A DNA stretch of 64,000 nucleotides, taken from contig NW_003526941.1 of NCBI RefSeq assembly GCF_000181795.1, positions 6,249,422-6,313,421 of the forward strand. Reading direction: 5' to 3'. The first letter of the stretch is position 1, and every line of letters begins with the position of its first letter. Both the position numbers and the translations under genes were made by a program. Positions 45,912 to 59,612 of this stretch are shown here, one piece after another. The stretch is from Trichinella spiralis. Lineage: Eukaryota. The notes below the pieces were generated by a model, which saw only the letters and a list, made by a program, of their open reading frames with translations, was not told where the DNA came from and did no database searches.

Positions 45912-48900
45912 GTTGAATGCCATTTTCGTCCTAATGAATTATTACAGTTCTGATGACAGAATGAGAGATGTTTTCATTTTCCAAAGAATTCTACGCCGGC
46001 TGTTGTTTGCTTTTCTTATATTGTTATTTACTTTATTTTGCATTATCTATTATCAGGGCAATTTTTTGAGCAAATTTATTAATAGCATCACAATCTGCTG
46101 AGTAGTTATATCTTTACACAAGTATATGTAAGAAAAGGAAGTGTGTTTCGAAGAAAAAATGCCCTAGCATCGCATCACTGATTGCAGTCATGTAGAAGTT
46201 GAAATAATCTGATGTATGTTTGAAAAAAAAAACAATTTAACAATAATTTAAAATTAATATAATTTATTTTATAGTGTTTATTTTTGTTCTGTGTTTGAAT
46301 TGAAAAAAGAAAAAAAGTTAAATATGCTTTTAATTAAAAGTGAACAGTGGAAGGGGAGGATAAATATTTATTTGGGATATTTTTTTCAACTTTACCGAGT
46401 AAAATTACACGATCTCAATGCATCGATGATTGATCAATTAATTAGTTGTAGAATTCGTGTGATAATTATTATGAATTATTTATTAATTTTTATTTCTCCA
46501 CCTTAAAAGTGAAAATAGCTCGATTTTTTGTTTTATGACAATGATAAAATTTGAAATATTTCTCATTTATACATGAAACTTTATAAAAGCTGATTGAATT
46601 CTGGGAAATTTTTCAAGCAATTTTCACAATTTGTACCATTTTATTTTTGGAATTTTATATTTTGATTTATTAACAATACTTTTTTCTCAAAATTGTCAAA
46701 ATCAATCTTCTACGAATATATATCATTTGTTCAGACAAATACTGATTTTGGTGATTTTTCATTTGCCCAGGTTTTATAAATGTTGTTCACGCGTGAGGCT
46801 GTTTTATTATTAATGATGTGTACTAGTAATTTAAACATTTTTGTTGAAGCGTTTAATGATTGAATGCGATGAATCTATTCGAGGTTTTCTTTTAAACATG
46901 AAAATTGAATTGATTATTTGAAACTGATACACCCATATACGGCCGGTTTAATATTAAATTATATGAAATGGAAGATAAAGAAAAGGGAAAATAAAATAAA
47001 AAAAAACAATTTGATACCTGTTTGATATCGCTCTGAAGAATTTGAAGGGAGATGTTGGAAATGAAAGATGGTTGCTTGAAAGATGCAATGGAAAGTGCCG
47101 TCATTTGCTCTAGCACTCTAGCATTTGCTGATCGTGTTCTGACAATGGATTAATCAAAGCATTCGCCTAAGCGGTGCACGCTTCGGGCGAACTTATATGC
47201 ACACATTGATGCATGTTCAATTAAATGGAAGCACATCAGGCGGCGGCGATTCAGTATTTTACAGTTTAACAACTGAAGAAATGCACCAGTCAAATTTTGC
47301 CACCTATCCATCATCATCATCATCTAGCTCCACTTGTTACAGTAATTCTTCTCATTCTAATTGGATAGACACATGCGAATGATATATAATTCAATTAATT
47401 AAATTTTGATCACTTTTAAACGAGAAAATGCGCGTGAATTTTCTGTAATTGGTCGGAAATTGAATAAGCCGGTAGGCTTTTTGTTAATGCTACATTTGTG
47501 TAGATCTGTTTTTTTTTGTCAACTTCAATTTCCACTTACGCTTTGTTAGCATTGGCTTTTTAGACGCACTTAGAAAACTTTACATTAATGCACCGCTTAC
47601 AAATAAATCTAGGCAAATGTCGGTTTCACTTTGGGAAAGTTGTAGTTAATTTTTGCATTTTTTTCTTTATTTTTATAATTGATCTCTTGAGGGTATTTTT
47701 TGATTTTCAATTTTATAAAAATTTAATTGATAACTCTACAAACAATGTTGTACTTTTCAAATTTATCGGCTGACCAGTGACAAAATGAAATACATTTATT
47801 ATTATTATTATTATTAACATATAGTTGACATAGAACGTTGTTCATATTTACAAATAAACTTATTGAATACTTTGATTTTGCTTCTGCTTTTAAAAATTAT
47901 TGTTGTTCATGTTGACAAATAAATGCTTACAGTTGCTAAGAATCGAGTGTTTGAGAGTTTATGTATTTGCATATATTCGATGTCAAGGGTACTCGTTTGA
48001 TCGACTGCCGTTTTCTGATTGATCGAAGAACTGAGCATTATTGAATGGAATAAGTTCGCATTAGCCCAAGCAAAGTTGGTTGTCAGAAAACTCTGGAAAT
48101 TCATTATTCTATACATTTTTTCTCGGCTATTGTAAGTTTGAAAAATTTGATGAAGTGAAAAACAATTCTTTTCTCTTTTCTTCGTTCACTTTGCTTCTTT
48201 TACGCAACATTTTATTTTCAATGGAATGCCAGTGCGTGCGTTTCAAATGAATTATTCTACACTTGCTCTACTTCTTTTAATAAATAATTATACAACGGTG
48301 GAAAATTTTGCCATGCGTTTTAATGCATAATCAATTCAACTGCTGAAATAGTTTGCATTCATTCTACGAAATTTTGTCAACTCTATTTCATCTTCTATCT
48401 GTTTTGTGATATCACTTGAAATTGTTTAAACTTTTATTCTTTAAACAAAAAGCATTGTATTTAACCTTAATTTAAAATGAAAATTTAAGTATTGAAATTA
48501 TTTTTTTTACTTTATAGTCAACGGGGATCGTTGGTGAATATGTTTTTAAATTATTTTTTAATAAAAAAACAGCAAGTTTTGTGGCAGTTTTGCAAAGAAT
48601 TTGATTGTGTATTATTTAGTATAAAGTATTCATATTATCTGAACTTGACTTTCTTCAATGATCGTCATGTACGTATACTGTAGAAATTCTTTTATCTTGC
48701 CGATTTTGTTTTTTTTATTTAAATGAATATAAATTTTTTTCGATAGCAGTTTATTTTAAAATAAAGAAAAACATACGGTGATAAAATTTCAAATTAAGCT
48801 ATGTAAAGAAGTGCATTTTTTAAACTTTTATATTACATTCGAATGATTTGTTCGTGGTGGAAAAAATGTTTGTTTTTTTATTGCAGATTAAAGTTTTTTC

Positions 48901-50379
48901 ATAAACAGTGAATCTTAAGCATTCTCAAGATGAACTTGAAAATTCTGATGCGATAAAGTGACAGTAATCAACAAAAATAAGTTAAACGTCATAAACAATG
49001 TCGTCTTGTTTGCCAACCTGTTAATCATATCACCGATACAGTTGTTTATCTGTTTATTGTCAAGTTTCATTTAACATGGCTTTTGCAAAAACGTATTTTG
49101 ACGGTTTGTTTTTGAAATCAAACTGTTTACTTGAAACTCGTTTATCATAGCATGTTTAAAAAAAGTATATATAATAATGGTTAAATGAACTAATGCAAAC
49201 TCTGTACATATTGATAAGATAGGTTTGCAGTTTTTCAAATGTTGACTTTCGAGCACGGCTCAGCCATTGCACCGGACAAAAATGCTTGTCGTCACGGTAT
49301 TTTTCACTTTCAATTATATCAATTATATGTAAATAATAAAAAAAACGAATTTAAATATATTTTTTGAATAAATATTAATAGACATTTTTAATAAAAAGAA
49401 CTCATTCGTTGAAAAATACTAACCGAAATTATACAATTTTTTCGATTTTTAAAAATATTTTTTAAATTTATTATATTAAAAAAACAGTTTGATAATTTCT
49501 AAAATAATATTTTGTTTAATGCGAAGATTGTTGTTTGGTCATTTATTATTCATTATTCAACGCAAGTTGTTGCTCCATGAAGTAAACAAGAAGAATACGA
49601 TACTGTTAAAGATTCACTTTTTGTTAATGGATAAAATTAATGCATTTATGTATTGATTTGAATTACAATTTTCATCGAAATGTGAGAAATATTTTACCGA
49701 TAGTAATTTGATTTTTTAAAATTAGAACATGATGTTTAAAATACTACCTACTTTTCTATATTTTTTAATGTACAGTATCAATTTGCCTCATCGAGCGTTT
49801 AATTGTAAACATAGCAGCGTTTGCTCGTCATTTGGTAGTTTATAATTTGTTAGAGCTTGTTGTTTTTGTTTCAATTTTAGAGTTACTGTTTTTCTACAAC
49901 ATTACTGTGCTTTGTTATTCTGCTTTGACAACGTGACTGACGTAAACGATTTTGTTCACTGCTTTGTGTGTGTAGTTGTTGTTATTTTGTAGGTACTGTT
50001 TTGCTTTTATCGGCTGCGGTTGATCTCACATCTGTGCAATGATGAATGCATTTTGCCATTGTTGAACTTATCGTTCACTAACAAGGTAAATAAATTTGTG
50101 GAGAAAGAAGTTTTTTTCATTGTTTTTTTTATCACATTTCTCCAATGATTTGGTTGTTCTAGCGAAAAATTTTCATGTTGTTTAATGTGATGATATTTTT
50201 AGGTGCAGTTTTGTTGTATGCCATTTTTTGTAACTTTATTTGGTCAACGTTTTTTTGCTTATTGAAAATTTTAACGTATCGTCGCGTCTGTTTGTTGTTT
50301 GCAGAGTGACTTGAATATTTTCGAACTGACACAGAGAGGGCTGTGGCTTTTTTGTCATTTTGTGCTGCTGTTCGGTTCG

Positions 50380-52883
50380 ATGGGAACCTATTTAGACAAA
50401 CCTCGGGTGGAGAAGACTAACGAGTCGGGAGCTGGCCAGGATTTGAAATATGGCGTTGCAACAATGCAAGGGTGGCGAATTGAAATGGAAGACGCCCACA
50501 TTGCGTGCACCAACCTTCCGGAGCCGTTGAAGCATTGGAGCTTTTTTGCCGTATTCGACGGACACGCGGGGCATAGAGTGGCCCGCTACGCTGCCGCAAA
50601 TCTTCTCGAAGTTGTTCTCAACACGACAGAACTCGTGGAATTGAAAAGGCTGTTGCAGGGTGAGTGCTTTATTTTTTTTTCAACTAAATTTGCATTTTAT
50701 AATTACAATCGTTGTTTATCATTAAATAAATTTTTATTGGCACAATTGCAATCTCTCCCATCTATGTATGTTTCTGCTTTCATCAGAGCTATATTTTTTC
50801 GCTATATTCTTGTTTCCCATTGTTTACCGTATTTGACCTTTCCCAAGTGCTGTCTAGACATATGGCAGCGTTTGAAAAAAGAAAAACGTCTACCATGTTC
50901 TACTACTTTTGAAATTGCCGGTTTCTTGTTGACAATTTTTATGATAATTATATTTTCAGCTTTTTAGAAAAAAAAACTTTCTAATCAGTAAGAAGCAATT
51001 TTGATTTTTTTTTTCAAATTTATTTTGGTGCATAATCGTTGTTTCACTGTTAATATTTATATGGTTTTTAAAGTTTAATTTGAATCTATAATTGGCCAGT
51101 TTATCGTTTAATCAATTTTGAATACTTTCATTAGTGTGGCGTGAATATTGATTGCCGTGTAGTTGCATTATGATTTTTGATGAATTGATTTTGACACAGA
51201 TCAGCATTGCGCATTACAATTCAATTACTCACATGTTTTTCAGTACGGCGAATTCAGTATATGAAAGCCACATGTTGTTTGTGCATGATGTGCATTATTA
51301 GATGATTTTGAATTTTGTTCACTGGAAGAAGATGTACGTTTTACGTCATAAACATATAAATATGTGTGTGTGTGTTTGTGTGTATGTGGAAAATTTTTCT
51401 CAACTGTCTACTGATTGATGATTAGAAAGAAGTAAACGACAATTGGTAATAGTAGTAGTAGTGGTAGTTGATGCAGAATAATTTATTGCTTCGTTTCGTT
51501 TTTATGGTCCCTTGCAATTACAGTATCACTGTAAGACTGTCAAGAAGTAAAAACGATCAGGTATAAAATAAATAAGCATACGAATAATGGTATTATCGAA
51601 ACGAACCAGTTATTCGAATACTTGTAGAAAGTGTCCGTGAAATAGCGTGTGTAGTTTTTTGTTGTCTGATGTGATGATTTGTTTATAAAAATTTGTTTAA
51701 ATGAAAATAAAATTATTAAATTTGTTGAAGATAATGGTGGACGAGAAGAGGATGTGTTGAATGAAAAAGAGATTGAATTAGTGAAGCAAGGCTTGCGTTC
51801 GGCGTTTTTACAACTCGACGAACAGATGCGTCTGTTGCCAGAGTTGAGTGGCGACACGGAAAAATCCGGCAGTACTGTAGTATGCGCGATGATCAGCCCC
51901 GGTCACATATTTGTGGCCAATTTGGGCGACAGCCGGGCGTTGGTCTGCTGCGCCGGCAAAGTGTCGTTCGCCACCGAAGATCACAAACCCTATTTGCCAA
52001 AGGAACGGTGCCGCATCGTCAACGCCGGCGGTTCGGTGATGATCGACCGTGTCAACGGCAGTTTGGCCGTGTCGCGTGCTTTGGGCGACTACGAGTACAA
52101 AAATGTCGACGGCCTGAACGCCTGCGAGCAGTTGGTCAGTCCCGAGCCGGATTTGTACGTTATCGAACGAACCAACGATGGTGATGAGCAGGAACAATTT
52201 TTGCTGCTCGCCTGCGACGGCGTGTTCGACGTGATGACCAATCAGGAGCTGTGCGATTTCATCCTCTCTCGGCTACGGGTTAGTCACAATTTGGAAATTA
52301 TCTGCAACGAAATCCTCGATTCCTGCTTGTCGAAAGTATAAAATATGCATTTTGGGAAAAAAAATAATAATTATTATTATTATTACAGGACAGTAGAGAT
52401 AATATGAGCGTTGTGTTGGTCGCGTTTCCAGGAGCACCAAAGATTTGCGAGAAAGCGTTGGAACGTGAAATGCAGTTGGAAAGTTTACTAAGAGAAAAAA
52501 TCGAAGGTTACCTCCACTTCCCAGCAAACTATTGTTTATTTTAATAATCTATTTTTGCAGCTGTATTTCAACAGAGTGACAATCCAGAGACGGTCACTTA
52601 TCAACAAGTTGTCTCTTGTTTGATGCGTGAAGAGATTCCCGGAGCGCCGTGCGGCACAGGCATGCATGCATTGTAAGTTTTATTATTATTATTATTATTA
52701 TGTAAATGTGGGCGAAAAGCCTAATTTTCTTTTTTTTATTGAATATTTACATTCAGACGTGGAAAATTGGAAAACATTTTGGAAACAATTCGCAGAGGAA
52801 TTTCAAACGCAACAGCTAACAACAACAACAAGAACAGCAACCCAGTTGAAAACAACACTGAAGAAACGGATATGCAAAGTTGA
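50380..52883 (+). CDS. Protein phosphatase 2C, PPM1A/PPM1B-like
   Basis: MGTYLDKP...MQGWRIEMEDAH...FFAVFDGHAG; SGST...ANLGDSRA...DHKP...RVNGSLAVSRALGDYEYK...EQLVSPEP...LACDGVFDVM...SRDNMSV; C-terminal PP2C_C-like exons. Five coding exons; stop at 52881-52883. Confidence 0.95.
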
Positions 52884-53681
52884 TGATTTATTTCTACAGT
52901 ATACACACAAGCAGTATATCTTCAATATTTATATAATGTATATTATTATTTTTTAAATAATCTTCTACGTAGATGATACTTTTTAGCGAGTTGCTGAAAA
53001 TGTTTTAAGTTTTTCCAGATGTTCATTCACACCCATTCTTTTTTATTATTTCGACTTTTACCCTCTCCTGTCTATTCAAATTCAAAGATGTACTACTACG
53101 CACAGGCATACTTTCTGAAACCGACGTTATATAATTTTGTTTGTCAGCATATGTATATTTTTTTTGTTTTTTTAAGATGTACAATTTTCTAATCTACCGG
53201 CAGAATTGACCTTATACGCAATTATATACTATGCAGAGATGCGAAATCACGTGATCCCATTTTTCCTTCTTTTTTTTCCCTTTCGTCTGGTCACAGTTTT
53301 TTTAAAAAACATTCTTATAGTAGCTGTAGAGCATGTTTAATTTGCTGAGAAAGTTTTTGTTAAAAGAAAATACTGGTCTTTGAAGATATGGAATTCATTT
53401 TCTACACTTTGAAGAAAGAAAAAAGTTATTATTCCATGTAACATTAATTTTAATACATTTTTTGTTAATTCATGTTGTGTAGTTCATTATCCGCCACAAT
53501 ATGTAATCACCGTATATATATATATATATATATAGTCCTGATGTGTGTGAGTGTGTATGTAAGCGCTCAAGCTCAAAGTATGTAAGTTCTTTTTTTGCAA
53601 AAATGAAAGCAGCGAAATCTCAAGAATAAAGACACTGCGGTGCGTAAGAAGCGTTCCACGTATATGTACATATATTGTGAT

Positions 53682-55138
53682 TTAAAGAGAAGGAGGAGGA
53701 GGTGGTGGTGGTGGTGAAGCAGTTTTTGAAAATTTGGTGGATTTCGACGAAATACTGGCTTCGTGCTTCGGTACACAACAACTAGCCCAAACAGCTTGAA
53801 AATCTGCAACGAGTAAACCAACAGTGCAGTGTTTTAATTGATTCATTGAATTTATTTTGCAGAACCAATAGGATACAAAAAAACCCAAATGTTGTTACCT
53901 TCAAAGCTGATCAAGCCATCCTTGTCATTGTCGGTGCTGGTCAATATGGCCAGCACTTCTTCGTCGGACACTGGATCGCCCAAATCGTTCAGGACATTTT
54001 TCAATTCTTCTGCAGTGATATATCCATCTCCGTCTCGATCGAATATCTTGAACAACGAAAAAAAAATTTTTTTCTATAATATTTTTACCATAATGAAGAA
54101 AATCCACTTTAAAAGTTTCTTTCAATTCCATGCGCTCTTCATCCGATTCAACTTCACACGTCATCAGTGGAAACAGAGCGTCGAAATCCACCTCTTCAGT
54201 ACCTGTTGAATTGGAAAAAATTTGTTTGGTAATTTTTCACACAGTTGCATAGAACGAATTGCAGAAAAGAGAAAATTAGCATAAAACAAAAACCATCGCC
54301 GGCAATTTCTCGCATTGCGTGCAGCAGTTCGTCCACCGAATGGGGTATTCCGAGCCGGAGCATTTTGATGCTGAAATCTTCGGCCGTGACTACACCGTCG
54401 CCGTTGGCATCCAAACCGCGGAATGCTTCTTCACACTGGGCAAGCGTCTCTTCGCATCTGTGGAAACGATCCGCCTGCAGAAGAGAAGAAATTGTGTTCT
54501 TCGCATTAAGCTCTGACGTAAGCGAAATCAAATTTTTCTCAAATAAATATATAAGGAACAATTTTTATCCTACTTTTTTAAATATGTTCGCATCTACTGA
54601 TGAGATCATGCTATCTATATATGTAAGTATATTTGATGAGAAAGGCAGAGATTTCTTTGTTTCGTACCAACAATCAAAGCAGAGCAGAGCACAAAGTAAA
54701 ATTGAACAAATTCAGTGCACCAATTGCAATTTGCAACAATTTTTGATTGCTTTCTGTTGCAAAGCGATCAATATCGTTCGCGAAATCAGCAAACGCGTTC
54801 GTTGTTGTTCATCAAACTGCGTTTCACAAATAAAAACTCACGTGCTCTACACGTGCATATCTTACTTGCTGCAACTGCATTTTCAAACCCTATTCCTATC
54901 TCACGCTGATTCACTGATATGCATATACTTATATATTTATTTATTTATTTATATATGTGGGACATTTACGTCATTACGATTGATAATTTTCCAGTTTTAT
55001 TCTTATTAATCAAATATAGAATATTTAAATTTTTTCAATAAATACGTATTGAACAACAATATAATTTCTACTCACCGATTTCAACATTTCCATCATAGTT
55101 TGCGATGAATCGACGGCGCTTGTAGATGCCGTAGCCAT
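53682..55138 (-). CDS. Calmodulin/troponin-C-like EF-hand protein with a C-terminal polyproline extension
   Basis: Five exons. EF loops DANGDGVVTAED, degenerate AGDGTEEVDFDA, DRDGDGYITAEE and DNDKDGLISFED. Ends ...WASCCVPK...ASPPPPPPPPSL*. Confidence 0.87.
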
Positions 55139-56868
55139 TTATTTCTCTTTATGTGATTGTTGTCTTTTATAAATAATCTGAAAAAATATGTATATATTCA
55201 TATGAATAATGTAATATTTGCTTTCATTTTTTTCTATTTCAACGTTGAACAAACGCGAGCAAAATGGTTGAAAAAATTCCAATTATTGCTTATGTGCGTG
55301 TTCGATGATTGATCAAACATACACACACAAAACAACAACACGTTGTGTATAAAATGTATCAAAATGGGATAAATTAGATAAATATAATGGCTACTGGTGT
55401 AGATGATGGAAAAGTGACGAACGTTGTTGTCAGTTCCTTTGTCTTTGATACTTTAAAGTCAGCGATTTGATGACAAGCCAATTTTTAAACTGAAACACAA
55501 ACAGGTCAGCAGAAATGTTAACAGCATTCACTAATGGTTCACTGTGCATAATTAGTCTGTCGTACATCATCACTACAATGTCCGGTTGTATAATTTTATT
55601 CAAGCAAACAGAACCAGATCAACACGTATATATATATATATCTGTGTGCTATTGCTGTTGCTTTGTACTTCTGCATTTTTTTCTGAACTTTTTTGTTCCC
55701 TTTTGTAATAGAAGGAAGCATGTGATGCATGGGTTATTCAACTGCTGCTTCAACAACGGCAGTGACGTCGACAACTACACGATGGACGATGGAAAACTGT
55801 GCTTCTGCTGATGCTGTTGAAATTCGATGAGAATGATGATGACCGTGCCTGGCACGGACATTTTGTCCGATCAAACCAAGCAGCTTAACACCATTCGCAC
55901 GACCTGAAGCACACGCAACCGCAAAAACAATATTATGTATATACATATATATTATATGCGAAGCGAAATCGAATGTCCCATTCTTCAACGCTTGTTCATA
56001 ATTAAATCGGATAATAATAATAATAATTATTATTATTATTATTAGCATGAAGTCGCGTTCATTATTTTCCTTTCAAGGAACGACGAGATTTTTAAATTAA
56101 ACTTCACCATTTCTTTAATTTCAAATGTCACTTTTGATTATTGATGCAAATTTTTTCAAAACATGTTTTGTTTTCCATTTATATTGGACGGATGCTTTTT
56201 GCAAAATTTTTCCTATTTTGTACAAATTAATATGCAGTTCTTTTGTTTTTTTTTGGTATTCACTGTCCAGTCAATTACACACATATATCATTTACTGCAC
56301 ATTAAATCATGTAATAATCGATCGATTGAAACATCTTTAATAATAACAATTTTACTCCTTGTCCACTGCACAGCACAGGTACAAAAAATGATAAAACGTG
56401 TGCTTCTTTTCGAAGAGTTCAATCATTGGAATTACGTAATTGCTAACTAATTCACATCTCACCGTCAACTTGCCTAGAGTTTGACAAAGACAATGCTTTT
56501 TTTCTCTTCAGAATATCCCACATCTATAGAAATACTATAATTTGAAAATGAAAACTCGAATCTGTTAATTGAATATTTCATTTTTTTAATTGACAAGTAA
56601 AAGATCTGAACAATTGATTAGACAAAAAATATTAAAAACATTTATCAATAATAAATAATTTAAATGAAATGTACATTAGTGAAAAATTATATAAGCTAAG
56701 AAAAATTTCTTTGTTGCATTGAGTGAATTACAAAAATATTTGAATAAAAGAAAATGATTTTCAAGTAATATCATTTTCTATAGAATCCGTACGACAACGT
56801 GGCAAAGAATTGACGTTTGAGGTTAACATCATTTATTGCTGTCATTTTTTCCTTCATTGCTACCGAGA

Positions 56869-58813
56869 ATGTCTCGTTTTGCTGTCGGTCGGAAACCAAA
56901 TAAAAATGCATCCGTATTTAGTCAAGAATTTATTATTCAAAATCATGCGGACATCGTATCATGCATTGTGATGCTTTTTGTCATTGCTATGACATTTAAA
57001 GCTACCTCGTCTATAGCGACAACGTTCGTCATTTTACAACACAACGCAACCGATATTAATGGTAAATATATAGTTATTATTGAATTATTTTTTTTGTCAT
57101 GAATATTCTACGATAATTATTATTACTTTTTTAAATACCAGCTCAGTTTTGAATTTTAGACAAAAACCAACAATGGTTGTATTATAATGGATGGAAGGAT
57201 ATAGCTGCAGTTTTCTTTTACACACTGGCAACTATAATTGTTCATGCCGTAATTCAAGAATATGTCGTTGATAAGTTACATCGAAAAGTTCATTTGTCCA
57301 AAACAAAGATGGTCAAATTTAACGAATCCGGGCAAATGGTTTTCTTTTCGCTCGCTTCAGTCCTCTACGCCGGCTATATTATTAGTCAGGTTGGTTTGTT
57401 TATATTTCCAACTGTTTGATTGTTAATGGTCGTCTTTCGATATAGTATGGACTTTTTACATCTATCAGTTCGTTGTGGGACAAATATCCTTCTGCACATA
57501 TGATAATGCCACTACATCTGAAATTGTTTTTCATTTTGCAGGTATGTTATTTGAAATTGTTACAACATTACAATGATGACTTCTCATAATTGACAATTCA
57601 TTGGTATGTAAAAAAAATTCATCCATGGAATACAGCATTGCTTCATTTCGAAAAATTATTTATCAGTTTTCAAAAATTTGTCAAATTTTATATTCAATAA
57701 TTCTTATTTTATGAGCATATAAATTTTGAAGAAAACTGCATATCAGTGATGTAACTGTCTGGGCTGTAGGAAAGAGTTGTTCTCTGTTTTTAAGATCATG
57801 TTTATTTACCTATGGTGACGTTGAACAAGTTGCCAGCAAAACTGATGATGTGCATAGTGAAAATGACAGTTTCCTGTAATACTGTATTTAAAAAGAGATG
57901 CAAGTTCAATAGCATGCTAGGGAGCAGGTTTATTATAATTGTTGATGTGTTTCAGAATATTTTGATTTTAATTTATTGTTTTTCATTTTCAAAATTATTA
58001 CTGAACACGGTCTCAACTCTTAGATTGCTTACTGGTTGCATATATATCCAGAATTTTATTTTTCGAAATCAAAAAAAGATGAAATCCGTTCTCGTAGTGT
58101 TGTCGCATTAATTTATTTGCTGTTCATCACATTTGCTTATGCTTTCAAGTAAGTGAAAAGTGTGATCACGGGACGAGATGTTTTACGATGATTAAAAATT
58201 ATTGTTTATTTAGTTTCAATCGTGTAGCACTTTGTATATTATTGCTACACTACACCGCAGAGTTTATTTTCCACGTATGCAGGTTGGCTTACTTTGCTGA
58301 AAAGAAATACATCTCAACCCCAGGGTACGCTCACACGCATTTGTGTATATGCGTTTTGATTATTTATTTTAAAAATTATAAATTTTAGTTTCAAACTTTG
58401 GAACGTTGTTTTTGTCACTGTACGACTTGGGTGCGCTAGTTTGGCTGTACTTACATTTTGGTATGGTCTTCGTTCATATGAAACGCCCAGTTTTGATCCT
58501 ACAACAGGAAACTATAATACAAGATTTCTGAGGATCAATTCACTGTTATCCGTTTGTGCATGTCAAGCGTGGATGATGTGGAATTTTATCCACTTTCATT
58601 TGAAACGTGCTCGTGAGCGTGCAGCTGCTCAGAGGTCTAGATATCAGTTGAAAGCGAACAAAAAGAAAAGTATATTTGCATTTGAGTGCGCCTATGTTAT
58701 GCAAATTTTTGTTTTGCTTGGTTTCAGGCAAGAAAGTCGACGCTGAAGTTAATCATTTATCCGAAGCAGATCAGGATATTGGAAGACAGCAGAAATTGAA
58801 AAAAGTGAACTGA
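56869..58813 (+). CDS. TRAM1: Translocating chain-associated membrane protein (TRAM, TLC domain)
   Basis: FSQEFIIQNHADIVSC, YYNGWKD...FFYTL...HAVIQEYVVDK...KFNESGQM, IAYWLHIYPEFYF, multiple TM segments and a C-terminal KKVN* (KKxx ER-retrieval motif). Confidence 0.93.
57737..57854 (+). ncRNA. Candidate intronic C/D-box snoRNA in the long TRAM intron
   Basis: Terminal stem TGCATATCA (57737-45) / TGATGTGCA (57846-54) directly flanks a C-like box GTGATGT (57746-52) and a D box CTGA (57842-45). Sense to the host gene. Confidence 0.35.
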
Positions 58814-59612
58814 TGCACAAATTTACACGAATAGTTTATTTCATTTTTTTAATTTTGCCTTTTGGGAGAATGCATCGTTTTGTCAGCTTGCATTTACATG
58901 CATGCTCAGTTGTAGTAATGCTAAAATGGAAATACAAAAATTTATCTAGTAATTACGCTCCCGCGTAATGTACTGGGCCTGAAATTATCATATTGTCGAT
59001 TGTCAATTGCTGTATTTCTCCACTTTTTTAAAAAAAAATCCATTTCATCTTGATAAATTCTATACTTTTTCTTTTTTTTTTCAGGAAGCTTTCTGTTATT
59101 GTTTGGTGTTTGAATTATTGTGAGCATTCACGTAGTAAAATTTGTGATGCATTCTAGCAGATCAGATGCAGTCACCAAATTTGACCTCAGAAGGAAGAGA
59201 ACCGTGAAAAAAAGGAATTGCAAAGTAGTAGCATTGCTTTTTCTGTTGACAAAATTGCCGTTGAATAGCTCTTTGCATATTAGCCACTGTTGTGAATGGA
59301 CAGAATTTCCAATTGCAAGGACGTCGGCTCTTCTGTGGCGTCCATTATCATACATAGTAGCAGTATGTTGTATTGTGTTGTATTGTATGATGAAATTGCC
59401 TACTCTTCAGGTGGAATATAGTATTGCAGTTGGTGAAGAAAGTTTTTTTCATTCATGAAAAAAGTAAGACACGGTCGTTCAAATAAATTCAACAAAGCAA
59501 ATGCTACTACAAGCGTGGCTTTGTAAATAGTAGCTGTAAACTGTGGTCAAGCGTACTTGTCGCTTGACCGCACCACGAAAAGGGTCACTTCAATGCTCGC
59601 AGACGGCCTTGA

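Noticed and set aside
43443..46813. Several 60-116 aa ORFs in the gene-poor interval
   Set aside because: F/I/L/K-rich translations of AT-rich sequence without coherent exon chains.
48800..48815. ATGTAAAGAAGT, similar to part of miR-1
   Set aside because: The seed (GGAATGT) is absent and there is no precursor hairpin.
54245..55009. 254-aa + strand ORF
   Set aside because: Overlaps the EF-hand gene antisense and runs through intron-like, low-complexity sequence; no domain evident.
57842..57885. CTGATGA...GAAA, hammerhead-ribozyme-like core
   Set aside because: Stem II cannot close properly, and no correctly paired UH cleavage triplet or stem I is present.
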